64,000 nt of DNA, taken from contig CAWDVE010000010.1 of assembly GCA_963805625.1 (NCBI GenBank), positions 1,088,001 to 1,152,000 on the forward strand, in the 5' to 3' direction. The stretch comes from an uncultured Candidatus Rokubacteria bacterium (GTDB taxonomy: Bacteria; Methylomirabilota; Methylomirabilia; Rokubacteriales; DASRDR01). The position numbers were made by a program, and so were the translations under genes. Below the pieces are notes generated by a model that was given only the letters and a program-made list of their open reading frames with translations, did not search any database and was not told the origin of the DNA. Positions 1 through 9,242 of the stretch are shown here, piece by piece (the first letter of the stretch is position 1; the number at the start of each line of letters is the position of its first letter).

Positions 1-1
1 C

Positions 2-181
2 GGCGGCGGCGACCGCTACCAGGCCCTGAAGGCGGCGGCCGAGGCGCCGGGAGCCCGGAAGACAGCCATTCCCGAAACGGAGCAGCAGGCCCTGATCGCC
101 TGCGTGGATCGCGTCCTCGGGCGGCGCGTCGACGTGCCCGATCCGGTCAGGACCCCGCGCATCGTCCGCATCGGTGGCTAA
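2..181 (+). CDS. 3' end of a gene entering the window, possibly a 5'-nucleotidase C-terminal domain
   Basis: Open frame from nt 2: GGGDRYQALK...PRIVRIGG-TAA(179-181). GGGDxY and a terminal RI resemble 5'-nucleotidase C-termini. Confidence 0.4.
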   Translation, partial: GGGDRYQALKAAAEAPGARKTAIPETEQQALIACVDRVLGRRVDVPDPVRTPRIVRIGG

Positions 182-205
182 GGGCCGCGGAGGCGGACAA
201 GCGGG

Positions 206-331
206 TCAGGCCGACGCCCGCGGACACGGCACAGCGAGCGCCTCGATCCGCTCCGCGGAGACCGGATGCGCGCGGATCCAGGGTGGTGGCGGGATGTCTC
301 GGCCGAGCCGCTCCCCCTTGGGCCGGGCCGG
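206..331 (-). pseudogene. C-terminal remnant of an M48-family metallopeptidase
   Basis: Manual translation ...ERLGRDIPPPPWIRAHPVSAERIEALAV...TGA resembles the M48 terminal 'HP...ERI..L' motif. No start codon; bounded upstream by the stop of the ABC gene. Confidence 0.45.
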
Positions 332-2284
332 TCAGGGCTCGGGCGGGAGGAGGCGAACCTCCTCGGGCGGCCAGGAGAGCGCGATCCGCGCGCCGCGCCG
401 GAGCGTGGATCCGCCCGCGCGGCGTGAGCGGGTCACGGTGAGTCGCTCGCCTCCGTCGAGGCGAACCTGGCCGCGCTCGGTCGGCCCGGGATCGGCCACG
501 TCCTCGACGACCCCCGCGAGCCCCTCGTTCCCCGCACCGGCCTCCGCAACGACCGCCGCGTCCGGACGGAGCAGCACGACCACGCGATCGCCGGCGCGGG
601 CCGGGCTCCCCGCCGCGTCGATGCGCTGTCCCCCGGCGGTCCGGAGGAGCACGTTCTCGCCCGCGATGGAGACCACGACGGCGTCGAGGAGGTTCGACTC
701 CCCCACGAAGCCCGCCACGAATGCGGTCGCCGGGCGCTCGTAGAGCACGCGGGGCGCCGCGACCTGCTGGAGCCGCCCCGCCCGCATGACCGCGACCCGA
801 TCGGAGAGCTCCATCGCCTCGTCCTGATCGTGGGTCACGAGGACGACGGTGATGCCGAGCGCCCGGTGAAGCTCGCGGAGCTCCGCCCGCATCGTCTCGC
901 GGAGGGCACGATCCAGCGCCCCGAAGGGCTCGTCCATCAGCAGCACGCGCGGCCGGAAGACGAGCGCCCGGGCGAGCGCGATCCGCTGCTGCTGCCCGCC
1001 CGAAAGCTGCCGCGGCAGCCGGTCCCCGTGGCCGGGCAGGCGCACCAGCTCGAGCATCGCACCCACGCGCGCGGTCACCTCCGCCTCGGAGGCCCCCCGT
1101 ACGCGAAGCGGGAAGGCCACGTTCTCCCAGACCGTCAGATGCGGGAAGAGCGCGTAGTCCTGGAACACCATGCCCACCGCGCGGCGATGCGGCGGCCGCG
1201 CCGACACGTCCGCGCCGTCGATCCGGACCGTCCCCCCGTCGGGCGCCTCGAACCCGGCGATCAGGTTCAGCACCGTCGTCTTGCCGCAGCCCGACGGCCC
1301 GAGGAGCGTCACCAGCTCACCGGGCTCGACCTCCAGCGCGAGACGGTCGACGGCCGCGACCGCACCAAACCGCTTGGTGAGATCGACCAGACTGAGGCGG
1401 GCGCCGTCGCGCCTCTCAGGATCGGGCCCTCGCGACAGCGCGCCAGCCGACGGCGCGCTCGGTGCCGGGGCCACCGCGGAATCCGGCACGCGATCGTCCC
1501 CCCGCCGTCCGGCGGCGCCGAATCTCGCCACGACACCGAGCAGGCCGAGAGCGCCGAGCATCTGGAGGGTCGCGACGGCGGTCAGGAGCGGGTTGAACTC
1601 GTCCTGGGTGATCGTGCTCCACATCTTCCGCGGGAGGGTCGTCGTGGCGGGGCCGCTGACGAACAGCGCGATCACGACCTCGTCGAAGGAGACGATCGCC
1701 GCGAAGAGCGTGCCCGCCAAAATTCCACGCCCCACGAGAGGAAGCGTCACTCGCCAGAGCGCCTGCCACGCCGTCGCGCCCAGGCTCCGGGCGGCGCACT
1801 CGAGCCGCGGGTCGAGCCCGCGCGCCGCCGCCTCGACGCTCAGCACGACGTAGGGTACGCCCAGGGTCGCGTGAGCGAGCACCAGCGCGACGAGCGTGCC
1901 GCCCAGGCCGATCGCCGCGAACCCCGCGTAGAGCGCGATCGCAACCAATAGGACCGGGACCATCACCGGGAGGAGGACGACGGTCCGGAGTGCCCGCCGG
2001 AGGCCCGCGGTCCCGCGCGCCCGGCCGAGGGCGAGGCCCGCAGGAGTACCGAGGAGGGCCGCCAGGAGCGCAGCCAGGACGGCCACCACGACGCTCGTCG
2101 CGGCCGCCTCCCGCCACTCGCGGTCGGCGAGTACCCGCCTGTACCACTCGAGCGTCAGCGCGTCCGGGGGAAAGGCGAGCCAGGTGGTCCTGGAGAGCGA
2201 CATCGGCACGAGGGCAAGGATGGGCAGGAGGAGGAAGGCGATGCTCAGCCCCGCCGCACTCCCCATCGCCAGGCGGAACGGCAC
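332..2284 (-). CDS. Fused ABC importer permease (PotC-like) plus ATPase (PotA-like) with TOBE-like tail
   Basis: N-half is a hydrophobic permease with an EAA-like loop (LECAARSLGAT) and SFDEVVIALF. C-half has Walker A GPSGCGKTT, LSGGQQQR, Walker B LLMDEP and VTHD. One continuous frame with a Pro/Ala linker. Confidence 0.9.
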   Translation of the reverse strand: MPFRLAMGSAAGLSIAFLLLPILALVPMSLSRTTWLAFPPDALTLEWYRRVLADREWREAAATSVVVAVLAALLAALLGTPAGLALGRARGTAGLRRALRTVVLLPVMVPVLLVAIALYAGFAAIGLGGTLVALVLAHATLGVPYVVLSVEAAARGLDPRLECAARSLGATAWQALWRVTLPLVGRGILAGTLFAAIVSFDEVVIALFVSGPATTTLPRKMWSTITQDEFNPLLTAVATLQMLGALGLLGVVARFGAAGRRGDDRVPDSAVAPAPSAPSAGALSRGPDPERRDGARLSLVDLTKRFGAVAAVDRLALEVEPGELVTLLGPSGCGKTTVLNLIAGFEAPDGGTVRIDGADVSARPPHRRAVGMVFQDYALFPHLTVWENVAFPLRVRGASEAEVTARVGAMLELVRLPGHGDRLPRQLSGGQQQRIALARALVFRPRVLLMDEPFGALDRALRETMRAELRELHRALGITVVLVTHDQDEAMELSDRVAVMRAGRLQQVAAPRVLYERPATAFVAGFVGESNLLDAVVVSIAGENVLLRTAGGQRIDAAGSPARAGDRVVVLLRPDAAVVAEAGAGNEGLAGVVEDVADPGPTERGQVRLDGGERLTVTRSRRAGGSTLRRGARIALSWPPEEVRLLPPEP

Positions 2285-2285
2285 G

Positions 2286-3143
2286 TCAGCGCCTCCCTGC
2301 CCCGACCAGGGCCTCCAGCCGGAGCGCCCGCTGAGCGGGTACGAGCGCGACGATCGTGGCGACCAGCAGCACCAGCCCGAGCGCGGAGGCGAGGGGCCAG
2401 TCCTGGGTCTGACTCACGTGGGCCTCGATCAGCATCGCGAGCGTCGTCACCTTCCCGCCCCCGAGAAGGGCGGGCGTGATGAAGAACCCGAGCGCCACCA
2501 CGAAGAGGAGGAGGCTGCCCGCGCCGACGCCGGCCCGCGACAAGGGCCACCAGACCCGCCGAAAGGCCTGCCACTCGGTGGCCCCGAGACCGGCCGCGGC
2601 GCGGAGGAGGCCGGGGTCGATCCCGCGCATGGCGCCGTACAGCGACAGGATCATGTACGGGAGCAGGACGTGGATCATCCCGATGTGCACGCCCACCTCG
2701 TTGTAAACGAGGGGCACCGGCTCCCGCACGACGCCGAGCCCCAGGAGCAGGCGGTTGACGGCGCCCTGGCGCTGCAGCAAGACCATCCAGGTGAAGCTCC
2801 GCGCGAGCACGCTGATCCAGAATGGCGCCACGACCAGGGCGAGCAAGAGCTGCCCGCGCCATCCCCGGGCGCGGGCGAGCGCGTAGGCGACCGGGTATCC
2901 GAGCACGAGGCACGCGAGCGTCACCGTCACGCTCAGCCGGAATGTCCGGAGCAGCGCGTCGCGGTAGAGCGGCGTCAGCAGGAGCTCGCGCCACGGCGCT
3001 CCGGTGGGAGCGGTCGGCGCCATTGTTGGCACGAGCCCCCAGACGAGCACCCGGGCGATCGGCCCCACGAAGACGACGACGAGGAAGGCGAGGAGCGGCA
3101 AGACCGGCCACAGTGCCAACCGGGTCGAGCCTCCGGGGTTCAC
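2286..3143 (-). CDS. ABC importer permease (PotB-like)
   Basis: LGYPVAY, PFWISVLARSFTW, LPYMILSLY, EAA-like loop AAAGLGAT, FITPALLGG. Confidence 0.9.
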   Translation of the reverse strand: MNPGGSTRLALWPVLPLLAFLVVVFVGPIARVLVWGLVPTMAPTAPTGAPWRELLLTPLYRDALLRTFRLSVTVTLACLVLGYPVAYALARARGWRGQLLLALVVAPFWISVLARSFTWMVLLQRQGAVNRLLLGLGVVREPVPLVYNEVGVHIGMIHVLLPYMILSLYGAMRGIDPGLLRAAAGLGATEWQAFRRVWWPLSRAGVGAGSLLLFVVALGFFITPALLGGGKVTTLAMLIEAHVSQTQDWPLASALGLVLLVATIVALVPAQRALRLEALVGAGRR

Positions 3144-3160
3144 GTCCCGAACCCGGTGTC

Positions 3161-3184
3161 TCCGGCGCGGCCCGCCGCGCCGGA
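3161..3184. repeat. Perfect 10-bp inverted repeat between the binding-protein and permease genes (likely mRNA-stabilising hairpin)
   Basis: TCCGGCGCGG-cccg-CCGCGCCGGA; a second hairpin TCCCGAC-gg-GTCGGGA lies at 3262-3277. Confidence 0.5.
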
Positions 3185-3297
3185 CTTCAGATCACGCGCG
3201 CGGGAGGAGCACCCGGCACGCGCGGCGACGACCTTCGATCTCGTTTGAGCGGGCGGCCTCGTCCCGACGGGTCGGGAGACGATCGGTCGACAGCCCC

Positions 3298-4398
3298 TCA
3301 GCCGAGGAAGGTCAGCCAGCGCTTGAGGACCGCGTCGATGTTCTTCGCCCACCAGGCGCTGTCGACCTGGACCTGCCGCTCCACGTTGCCGGGCGCAGTC
3401 GGGAGCAGGGCCAGCGTCTCCTTCGACATCTTCTGGTAGGCGAGGCGATTCGGGACCCCGTACGGGAACAGCTCGGCGAACTGCGCCTCGGGCTCGGGGC
3501 GCGTGTAGTGGGCCATGAGCCGCATGGCCGCCTCTCGGTTCTTGGCGCCCTTCGGCACGATCCAGAACGACTGCATCCACGCCCCGTTGTCGAACGTCCA
3601 GTCGACGTCGGCCCCGGCCTTCTTGAGGTCGATGAGCCGGCCGCTGAACCCCTCGATCAGGTCCACCTCGCCCCCGCGAAGGAGCGTCTGGATCTGGGCC
3701 GGGTTCTTGTACCAGACGTTCACGACGTCTTTCCGGCTCTCGAGGAACCGGAACGCGCGGTCGACGTCGAGTGGATAGAGCGCCCCCGGCGCGACGCCGT
3801 CGGCCAGGAGCGCGAACTCCAGCACGGGAACCGGCTGACCGTACATGGCGCGCCGGCCCGGAAATGCCTTCGGGTCGAAGAAGTCCTTCCAGGTGCGGGG
3901 CTGGCGGCCGGCGGGGAACTTCTGGCTGTTCCAGCCGAGCGAGTACGCGTACGCGACGGACCCGATGCCCCAGTCGCTCGCTGCGGACGGGAGCAGGTCG
4001 CCCCGCGGGATCACGGAGAAGTCGGCTCGCTCGAGCATGTCGTCGGCCGCCAGGCGCAGCATCATCTGGCCCTCGGCGTCCACGAGGTCCCACTCGACGG
4101 CCCGTGCCTGCACCATCGCGCGGATCTTCGCGATGTCCGGAACGCCCACCGTCCGGACCCGGATGCCGGTCTCGCGCTCGAACGGGTCGAAGAAGAGCTT
4201 GCGCTGCGCTTCGGTGTAGGTGCCGCCCCAGGTGCACACGACGACCTCGCTGCTCCCCTGGGCGCGGGCCGTCCGCGAGCCCAGCGCGAGGCCAGCTCCG
4301 GCCGTCACCGCTCCGGCACCCAGCGCGTGACGGAGGAACGTCCGCCGCCCGATACCGGTCCGATCCAGCGTTCCCCGCTTCGTCATTCCGCCCTCCAT
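3298..4398 (-). CDS. ABC substrate-binding protein, PotD/PotF-like, with Tat signal
   Basis: GRRTFL twin-arginine motif and ARA cleavage site; TWGG, PFERETGI, WKDFFDPKAFPGRR, LEFALLADGV..LYPLD. Confidence 0.9.
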   Translation of the reverse strand: MEGGMTKRGTLDRTGIGRRTFLRHALGAGAVTAGAGLALGSRTARAQGSSEVVVCTWGGTYTEAQRKLFFDPFERETGIRVRTVGVPDIAKIRAMVQARAVEWDLVDAEGQMMLRLAADDMLERADFSVIPRGDLLPSAASDWGIGSVAYAYSLGWNSQKFPAGRQPRTWKDFFDPKAFPGRRAMYGQPVPVLEFALLADGVAPGALYPLDVDRAFRFLESRKDVVNVWYKNPAQIQTLLRGGEVDLIEGFSGRLIDLKKAGADVDWTFDNGAWMQSFWIVPKGAKNREAAMRLMAHYTRPEPEAQFAELFPYGVPNRLAYQKMSKETLALLPTAPGNVERQVQVDSAWWAKNIDAVLKRWLTFLG

Positions 4399-4532
4399 GG
4401 CGTCAGCGCAGAGCGCGCCCCCGCGTCGCGGATCAGCCTAGCACAGCCGTCACCGCGCTCCGCGAACGTGCTCGTCATTGGCTGATCGCGTCGCGTCCCA
4501 ATTGGCCCCGCTGACGAGCCTGACCGGAAGGC

Positions 4533-5528
4533 TCACGAGAATCCGCCGCCGAGGCGCGGTCGAATGACGCGGCGGAACGCCTCGATCTCGCGCTCCGGCA
4601 TGTCGTAGCCACCCGCCAGCGTGTGCGCGGGGAACAGAAAGACGTGCTCCACGCCGGCCTCCTCGCGGGCGCGTAGCAGGCGGTCGGCGCAGTGCTCGGG
4701 CGGTCCGAAGAGGCCGAACGCGTCCGCGATCCCGGCGGCGAGATCCTCCGAGACGTCCCCGGGCGCCACCACGTTCGGAACCGGAAGACCGGCCAGGTGA
4801 AGCCAGTAGAGATTGGACGCGCTCGGATAGGTCAGCCACGGGTGCCCCGGAGCGAACCACTCCCGGGGCCAGTGCCGCGCTGCCGCCAGGCTCTCCTCGA
4901 TGGCGATGGTCGCGATGAACACGGTGCGGAAGCCGGCGAGCGAGCGGTCCGCCCGGCGAGCGCCCGCCTCGAGATGGCGACGGGCAGCGGCCACCGACTC
5001 CCGGTGGAGACCGACCATCAGGAGAGCGCCGTCGGCCACCTCGCCCGCCAGCTCCACCATGCGCGGGCCCGCGGCCAGCAGATAGACCGGGAGCGGTGAC
5101 GGTCCGAGGTTCCGGATCCGGCTCGGCGGGTCGCCGAAGGCAACCGACTCGCCGGCGAGGAGCCGGCGCAGCGCGACCACGGCCTGGCGCATCGTGTCCA
5201 CGGTCGCCCGGCGCCGCCCGACGCTCCGCGCCGAGAGAAAGCCCGGTGCGACGGTGAGACTGATCCGCCCCGGGGCGAGCTCGTCGAGACTGTGCGCCAG
5301 CGAGGCCAGCAGGACCGGATGACGAACGATCGGACTCGAGGTCGCCGGGTAGAGCCGCATCCGCCGCGTCCGCTCGGCGGCGAGCGCGAGAACTAGGTAG
5401 GCGTCACGCCCGCTGTGGGGATGATCGTGGACGCCCACCCCGTCGAAGCCGGCGTCCTCGCACCGCGCGATGACGTCCGCAACCTCCAGGATGGGGCGCC
5501 CGACGGGAACCCGGATGTCTACCTGCAC
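4533..5528 (-). CDS. LLM-class (luciferase-like) flavin/F420-dependent oxidoreductase
   Basis: EDAGFDGVGVHD, SPIVRHPVLLAS, PVYLLAAGPRMVELAGEVADG; Mer-like. Confidence 0.85.
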   Translation of the reverse strand: MQVDIRVPVGRPILEVADVIARCEDAGFDGVGVHDHPHSGRDAYLVLALAAERTRRMRLYPATSSPIVRHPVLLASLAHSLDELAPGRISLTVAPGFLSARSVGRRRATVDTMRQAVVALRRLLAGESVAFGDPPSRIRNLGPSPLPVYLLAAGPRMVELAGEVADGALLMVGLHRESVAAARRHLEAGARRADRSLAGFRTVFIATIAIEESLAAARHWPREWFAPGHPWLTYPSASNLYWLHLAGLPVPNVVAPGDVSEDLAAGIADAFGLFGPPEHCADRLLRAREEAGVEHVFLFPAHTLAGGYDMPEREIEAFRRVIRPRLGGGFS

Positions 5529-5627
5529 TCGGGCCTCGTCTCAATCCCACTGCCGTTCGAGCTGACCAACGGCGAACCGGCACGAGGCCCCACGGCGCTT
5601 CGCCGACACACGCCGATGGCGGCAGGC

Positions 5628-6788
5628 TCAGGACACGTCGGCACGGCGGACGACGGTCCGGTCGAGGTCGCCGATGCGCGGCACGCCGGTGAGCGCGAGC
5701 GCATGGTCGACCTCGTTCGCGAGGATCTCCAGCGCCCGCCGGACACCGGCCGATCCCCCGACCGCCAGGCCGTAGAGGTACGGGCGGCCGACCATCACGG
5801 CCTTCGCCCCCAGCGCGAGAGCGCGAACCACGTCCGCCCCGCGCCGGACGCCGCCGTCCAGCAAGACCTCCATCCGGCCGCCGACGGCGTCCACGATCTC
5901 CGGCAGGGCTTCCACCGTCGCGGGACAACCGTCGAGCTGCCGCCCGCCGTGGTTCGAAACGACGAGCCCGTCGACGCCGTGCTCGGCTGCGCGCCGGGCA
6001 TCCGCCACGGTGAGAACCCCCTTCAAGAGGAGCGGGCCGGACCAGAGTGACCGGAACCACGCGAGGTCGGCCCAGGCGATCGACGGATCGACCTGCCGGT
6101 TGGCCACGCCGGCCAGCGTCACGACGTCCGTCCGCGGCGCGCCCGGCATGCCCACCAGGTTCGCCAGCGTGAGCCGCGGCCCGAGGAGCACCCGGCGCAC
6201 CCATCCCACTCGCCGGAGGGTGTCGACGAGGCTCCGTACCGTCACGCGGGGCGGGACGGTGAAGCCGTTGCGGAGGTCCCGCTCGCGGCGGCTGATGACC
6301 GGCACGTCGACCGTGAGGAGGAGGGCGCGGTACCCCGCCGCCCGGGCTCGCTCGACGAACGCCCGCGTCAGGTCCCGGTTCTGCCACACGTACAGCTGGA
6401 ACCACAGCGGCCCCGGCGCCCCCGCCGCCACCTCCTCGATCGAGCAGCTCGAGTGAGTGCTGAGCGTGTAGATGGTCCCGGCCTCGTGGGCCGCGCGGGC
6501 GGCCGCCACCTCACCCTTGGGCCAGCAGAGCCCGGCCATGCCGGTCGGCGACACGAGGACCGGGGTCGCCACGCGCTCGCCGAGGATGACGGTCGCCTGC
6601 TCACGCTTCGAGACGTCCACGAGGACGCGCGGCTGGAGGAGGAGCCGCTCGAACGCTGCGCGGTTCCGGGCCACCGTCTGCTCGTCGCCGGCGCCGCCCT
6701 CGACGAAGTCGAAGACCGCGCGGGGCAGCCGCCGCCGGGCGACGCGGCGCAGGTCGTCGATGGTATAGGCCCGGGCCAGGCTCCTCAT
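5628..6788 (-). CDS. FMN-dependent alpha-hydroxy acid oxidase/dehydrogenase (LldD/MdlB family)
   Basis: True start MRSLARAY at 6788; RRRLPRAVFDFVEGGA, WFQLY, LTVD, SNHGGRQLD, DGGVRRG. Confidence 0.92.
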   Translation of the reverse strand: MRSLARAYTIDDLRRVARRRLPRAVFDFVEGGAGDEQTVARNRAAFERLLLQPRVLVDVSKREQATVILGERVATPVLVSPTGMAGLCWPKGEVAAARAAHEAGTIYTLSTHSSCSIEEVAAGAPGPLWFQLYVWQNRDLTRAFVERARAAGYRALLLTVDVPVISRRERDLRNGFTVPPRVTVRSLVDTLRRVGWVRRVLLGPRLTLANLVGMPGAPRTDVVTLAGVANRQVDPSIAWADLAWFRSLWSGPLLLKGVLTVADARRAAEHGVDGLVVSNHGGRQLDGCPATVEALPEIVDAVGGRMEVLLDGGVRRGADVVRALALGAKAVMVGRPYLYGLAVGGSAGVRRALEILANEVDHALALTGVPRIGDLDRTVVRRADVS

Positions 6789-6827
6789 GTGCGCGGTGAT
6801 GATACCATCGCCTCCCGTGAGGTTCGT

Positions 6828-7274
6828 ATGAGTGGCCAGCGCTTCGGGGAGACCGTCGAGCTCACCTGGCAGGGTGGCCTCCGCTTCGAGGCGCGCGCCG
6901 GCGACCACACGCTGGTCGTGGACAGCGAGCGCGGGGCCGGCGTCTCTCCGATGCAGGCGCTCGCCGTGAGCCTCGCCGGGTGCATGGCGATCGACGTCGT
7001 GGACATCCTCCAGAAAGGGCGGTTCGCGCCGGAAGGGGTGCAGGCCCGTCTCGAGAGCGAGCGCCGGCCGGAGCCGCCCCGCTACATCACGCGAGTGGCG
7101 CTCCACTTCGTGGTCCGGGGCGCCGTAGCCGCCGACCGCGTCGAGCGGGCGATCGAGCTCTCGCGCGAGCGCTACTGCTCCGTGTGGCACAGCCTCCGAC
7201 CGGACATCGACTTCCGCACGTCCTTCGAGATCGTACCGAGCCCAGAGCCTGGCCGTGGTGTCACAGACCGCTGA
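6828..7274 (+). CDS. OsmC/YhfA-family protein
   Basis: ATG 6828 after GAGG; GVSPMQALAVSLAGC...SRERYCSV two-Cys pattern. Confidence 0.88.
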   Translation: MSGQRFGETVELTWQGGLRFEARAGDHTLVVDSERGAGVSPMQALAVSLAGCMAIDVVDILQKGRFAPEGVQARLESERRPEPPRYITRVALHFVVRGAVAADRVERAIELSRERYCSVWHSLRPDIDFRTSFEIVPSPEPGRGVTDR

Positions 7275-8082
7275 CCCCTCGGCGTTTCACGCCTTCGAGC
7301 GGACCGGATGGGAGAGCATCCCCCGGGCGTACCAGGACGCCTTCGGCACGCTGACGACCCAGGCGATCGAGCCGCTCCTGGACGCCGCGCGCGTGGGCCC
7401 GGGCGTCCGCGTGCTCGACGTCGCGACGGGGCCGGGCTACGTCGCGGCCGCGGCCGCCCAGCGCGGTGCCGCGGTCGTGGGGGTCGATTTCTCGGCGGCG
7501 ATGCTGGCCGAGGCTCGCCGGCACCACCCCGGGATCGAATTCCAGGCGGGCGACGCCGGCGCGCTCCCCTTCCCCGACGCGAGCTTCGACGCCGTCGTCA
7601 TGAGCTTCGGCCTCCTGCATCTCGCTCGCCCCGACCAGGCGCTGGCCGAGACGCATCGCGTCCTCCGCCCCGGAGGCCGGGTCGGCTTCACGGTCTGGGC
7701 CAGGCCGGAGGAGGCGGTCGCATTCGGCATCGTGCTTCGCGCCATAGAGCGCCACGGCCGCCTCGACGTGCCGCTCCCACCAGGACCTCCCTTCTTCCGC
7801 TTCAGCGACCCGGAGGAGTCCCGCCGAGTCCTGCTCGGGTTGGGCTTCCGGACGCCGGAGGTGGTGATGGTGCCGCAGGTCTGGCGACTTCGGTCTCTCG
7901 ACGCGCTCTTCGACATCATGCGGGACGGGACGGTCCGGACGGCCGGGCTCCTGCGCGCCCAAACGCCCGAGGCACAGAACGCGATCCGCGCCGAGATGCG
8001 GGACGCGGTCCGCGCCTACCGGCGCGGGGGCGAGATCGAGCTCCCGATGCCGGCCATCCTCGCCTCCGCCGCCAAGCGCTGA
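7255..8082 (+). CDS. Class I SAM-dependent methyltransferase
   Basis: VLDVATGPG, GVDFS, GDAGALPFPDASFDAV, RVLRPGG. Confidence 0.9.
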   Translation: MVSQTADPSAFHAFERTGWESIPRAYQDAFGTLTTQAIEPLLDAARVGPGVRVLDVATGPGYVAAAAAQRGAAVVGVDFSAAMLAEARRHHPGIEFQAGDAGALPFPDASFDAVVMSFGLLHLARPDQALAETHRVLRPGGRVGFTVWARPEEAVAFGIVLRAIERHGRLDVPLPPGPPFFRFSDPEESRRVLLGLGFRTPEVVMVPQVWRLRSLDALFDIMRDGTVRTAGLLRAQTPEAQNAIRAEMRDAVRAYRRGGEIELPMPAILASAAKR

Positions 8083-8114
8083 GGGAGGCGGAACTCGACC
8101 GCCCGCCGGACTCG

Positions 8115-9233
8115 TCAGCCCGCCAGCTGGCGGATGACGAGCTCGCGGTGGTAGTCGGCGTCGCCCCAGGTCGCCTCGAGGGTCTTCGCGCGCTTGAAGT
8201 AGAGATGAAGGTCGTACTCCCAGGTGAACCCGATCCCGCCGTGAACCTGGATCGCCTCGCCGCACACCTTTCGCGCGGCCTCGCTCACGTAGGCCTTCGC
8301 CACCGACGCGGCCATCGCGCCGCCCTCGGGGTCCGCATCCAGCGCCCAGGCCGCGTAGTAGGTCGCCGCGTGGGCATTCTCGACCTCGAGGAGCATCTCG
8401 GCGCACCGGTGGCGGATGGCCTGGAAGGAGCCGATCGGCTGGCCGAACTGCTCCCGAACCTTCGCGTACTCGACCGACATGTCGAGGCACCGCCGGGCCG
8501 CGCCGAGCATCATGGCGGCCGCGCCCGTGGCGCCGCGACGGAGGAGGTCGTCGAGGATGCGGCCGGCAGCGCCCGCTTCGCCGAGGCGCGCGCCGTGGTT
8601 CGCCCGCACTCCCTCGAGCCGGACGGTGGACCATCGCATCCCGGGGTCCATGGCCGGCACCGGTGAGACGTCGAGGCCGTCGGCCCCCGCCTCCACGAGA
8701 AACAGCGAGAGCCCCTCGGGGCCTCGCGCCGGCACGAGAAGCAGATCCGCGACGTGGGCCCACGGGACCCACTGCTTCACGCCGGTGAGCCGCACCCCGC
8801 CCGGAGCAGGCTCGGCCCGGGTCGCCGTCGCCTCCGGGCGCCAGTCCAGCTCCCCGTCGAGGAGCGCGACGGTGGCTCTCGCGGCCCCGCCGGCGATGGC
8901 GGGCAGCCAGCGTGCGTGCTGGGCGGGGGTCCCGACCGCCTGGATGCCCTGGGCCGCCACGACGGTCTCGAGGTACGGACCCGGGAACGCGACGCGCCCC
9001 AGCTCCTCAAGGACGATGGCGGTCTCCACCATGCCGAGGGCGCTCCCGCCGTGGGCCTCCGGAAGCGCGAGGCCGAGCCAGCCGAGCCGCGCCAGCTCCT
9101 TCCAGAGATCGTCGCGCTCCCCGCGCGGATCGTCCCACAGCGCGCGGACGACGGCCGCCGTCACGTGCTCGTCGAGGAACGCGCGGGCGGTGCCGCGCAG
9201 GAGCTGCTGGTCCGGGCTGAGGGCGAAGTCCAC
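8115..9233 (-). CDS. Acyl-CoA dehydrogenase family protein (likely partner subunit)
   Basis: MDFALS, REQFGQPIGSFQA, QVHGGIGFTWE; lacks the 'EP.AGSD' motif. Confidence 0.9.
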   Translation of the reverse strand: MDFALSPDQQLLRGTARAFLDEHVTAAVVRALWDDPRGERDDLWKELARLGWLGLALPEAHGGSALGMVETAIVLEELGRVAFPGPYLETVVAAQGIQAVGTPAQHARWLPAIAGGAARATVALLDGELDWRPEATATRAEPAPGGVRLTGVKQWVPWAHVADLLLVPARGPEGLSLFLVEAGADGLDVSPVPAMDPGMRWSTVRLEGVRANHGARLGEAGAAGRILDDLLRRGATGAAAMMLGAARRCLDMSVEYAKVREQFGQPIGSFQAIRHRCAEMLLEVENAHAATYYAAWALDADPEGGAMAASVAKAYVSEAARKVCGEAIQVHGGIGFTWEYDLHLYFKRAKTLEATWGDADYHRELVIRQLAG

Positions 9234-9242
9234 GCGGCGCTC

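Noticed and set aside
5628-7190. Long N-terminal extensions on the hydroxy-acid oxidase ORF (likewise the ORFs 15341-17038, 45013-46647 and 53299-54720)
   Set aside because: The extensions are antisense or off-frame readings of neighbouring real genes, typical of high-GC DNA with few stop codons.
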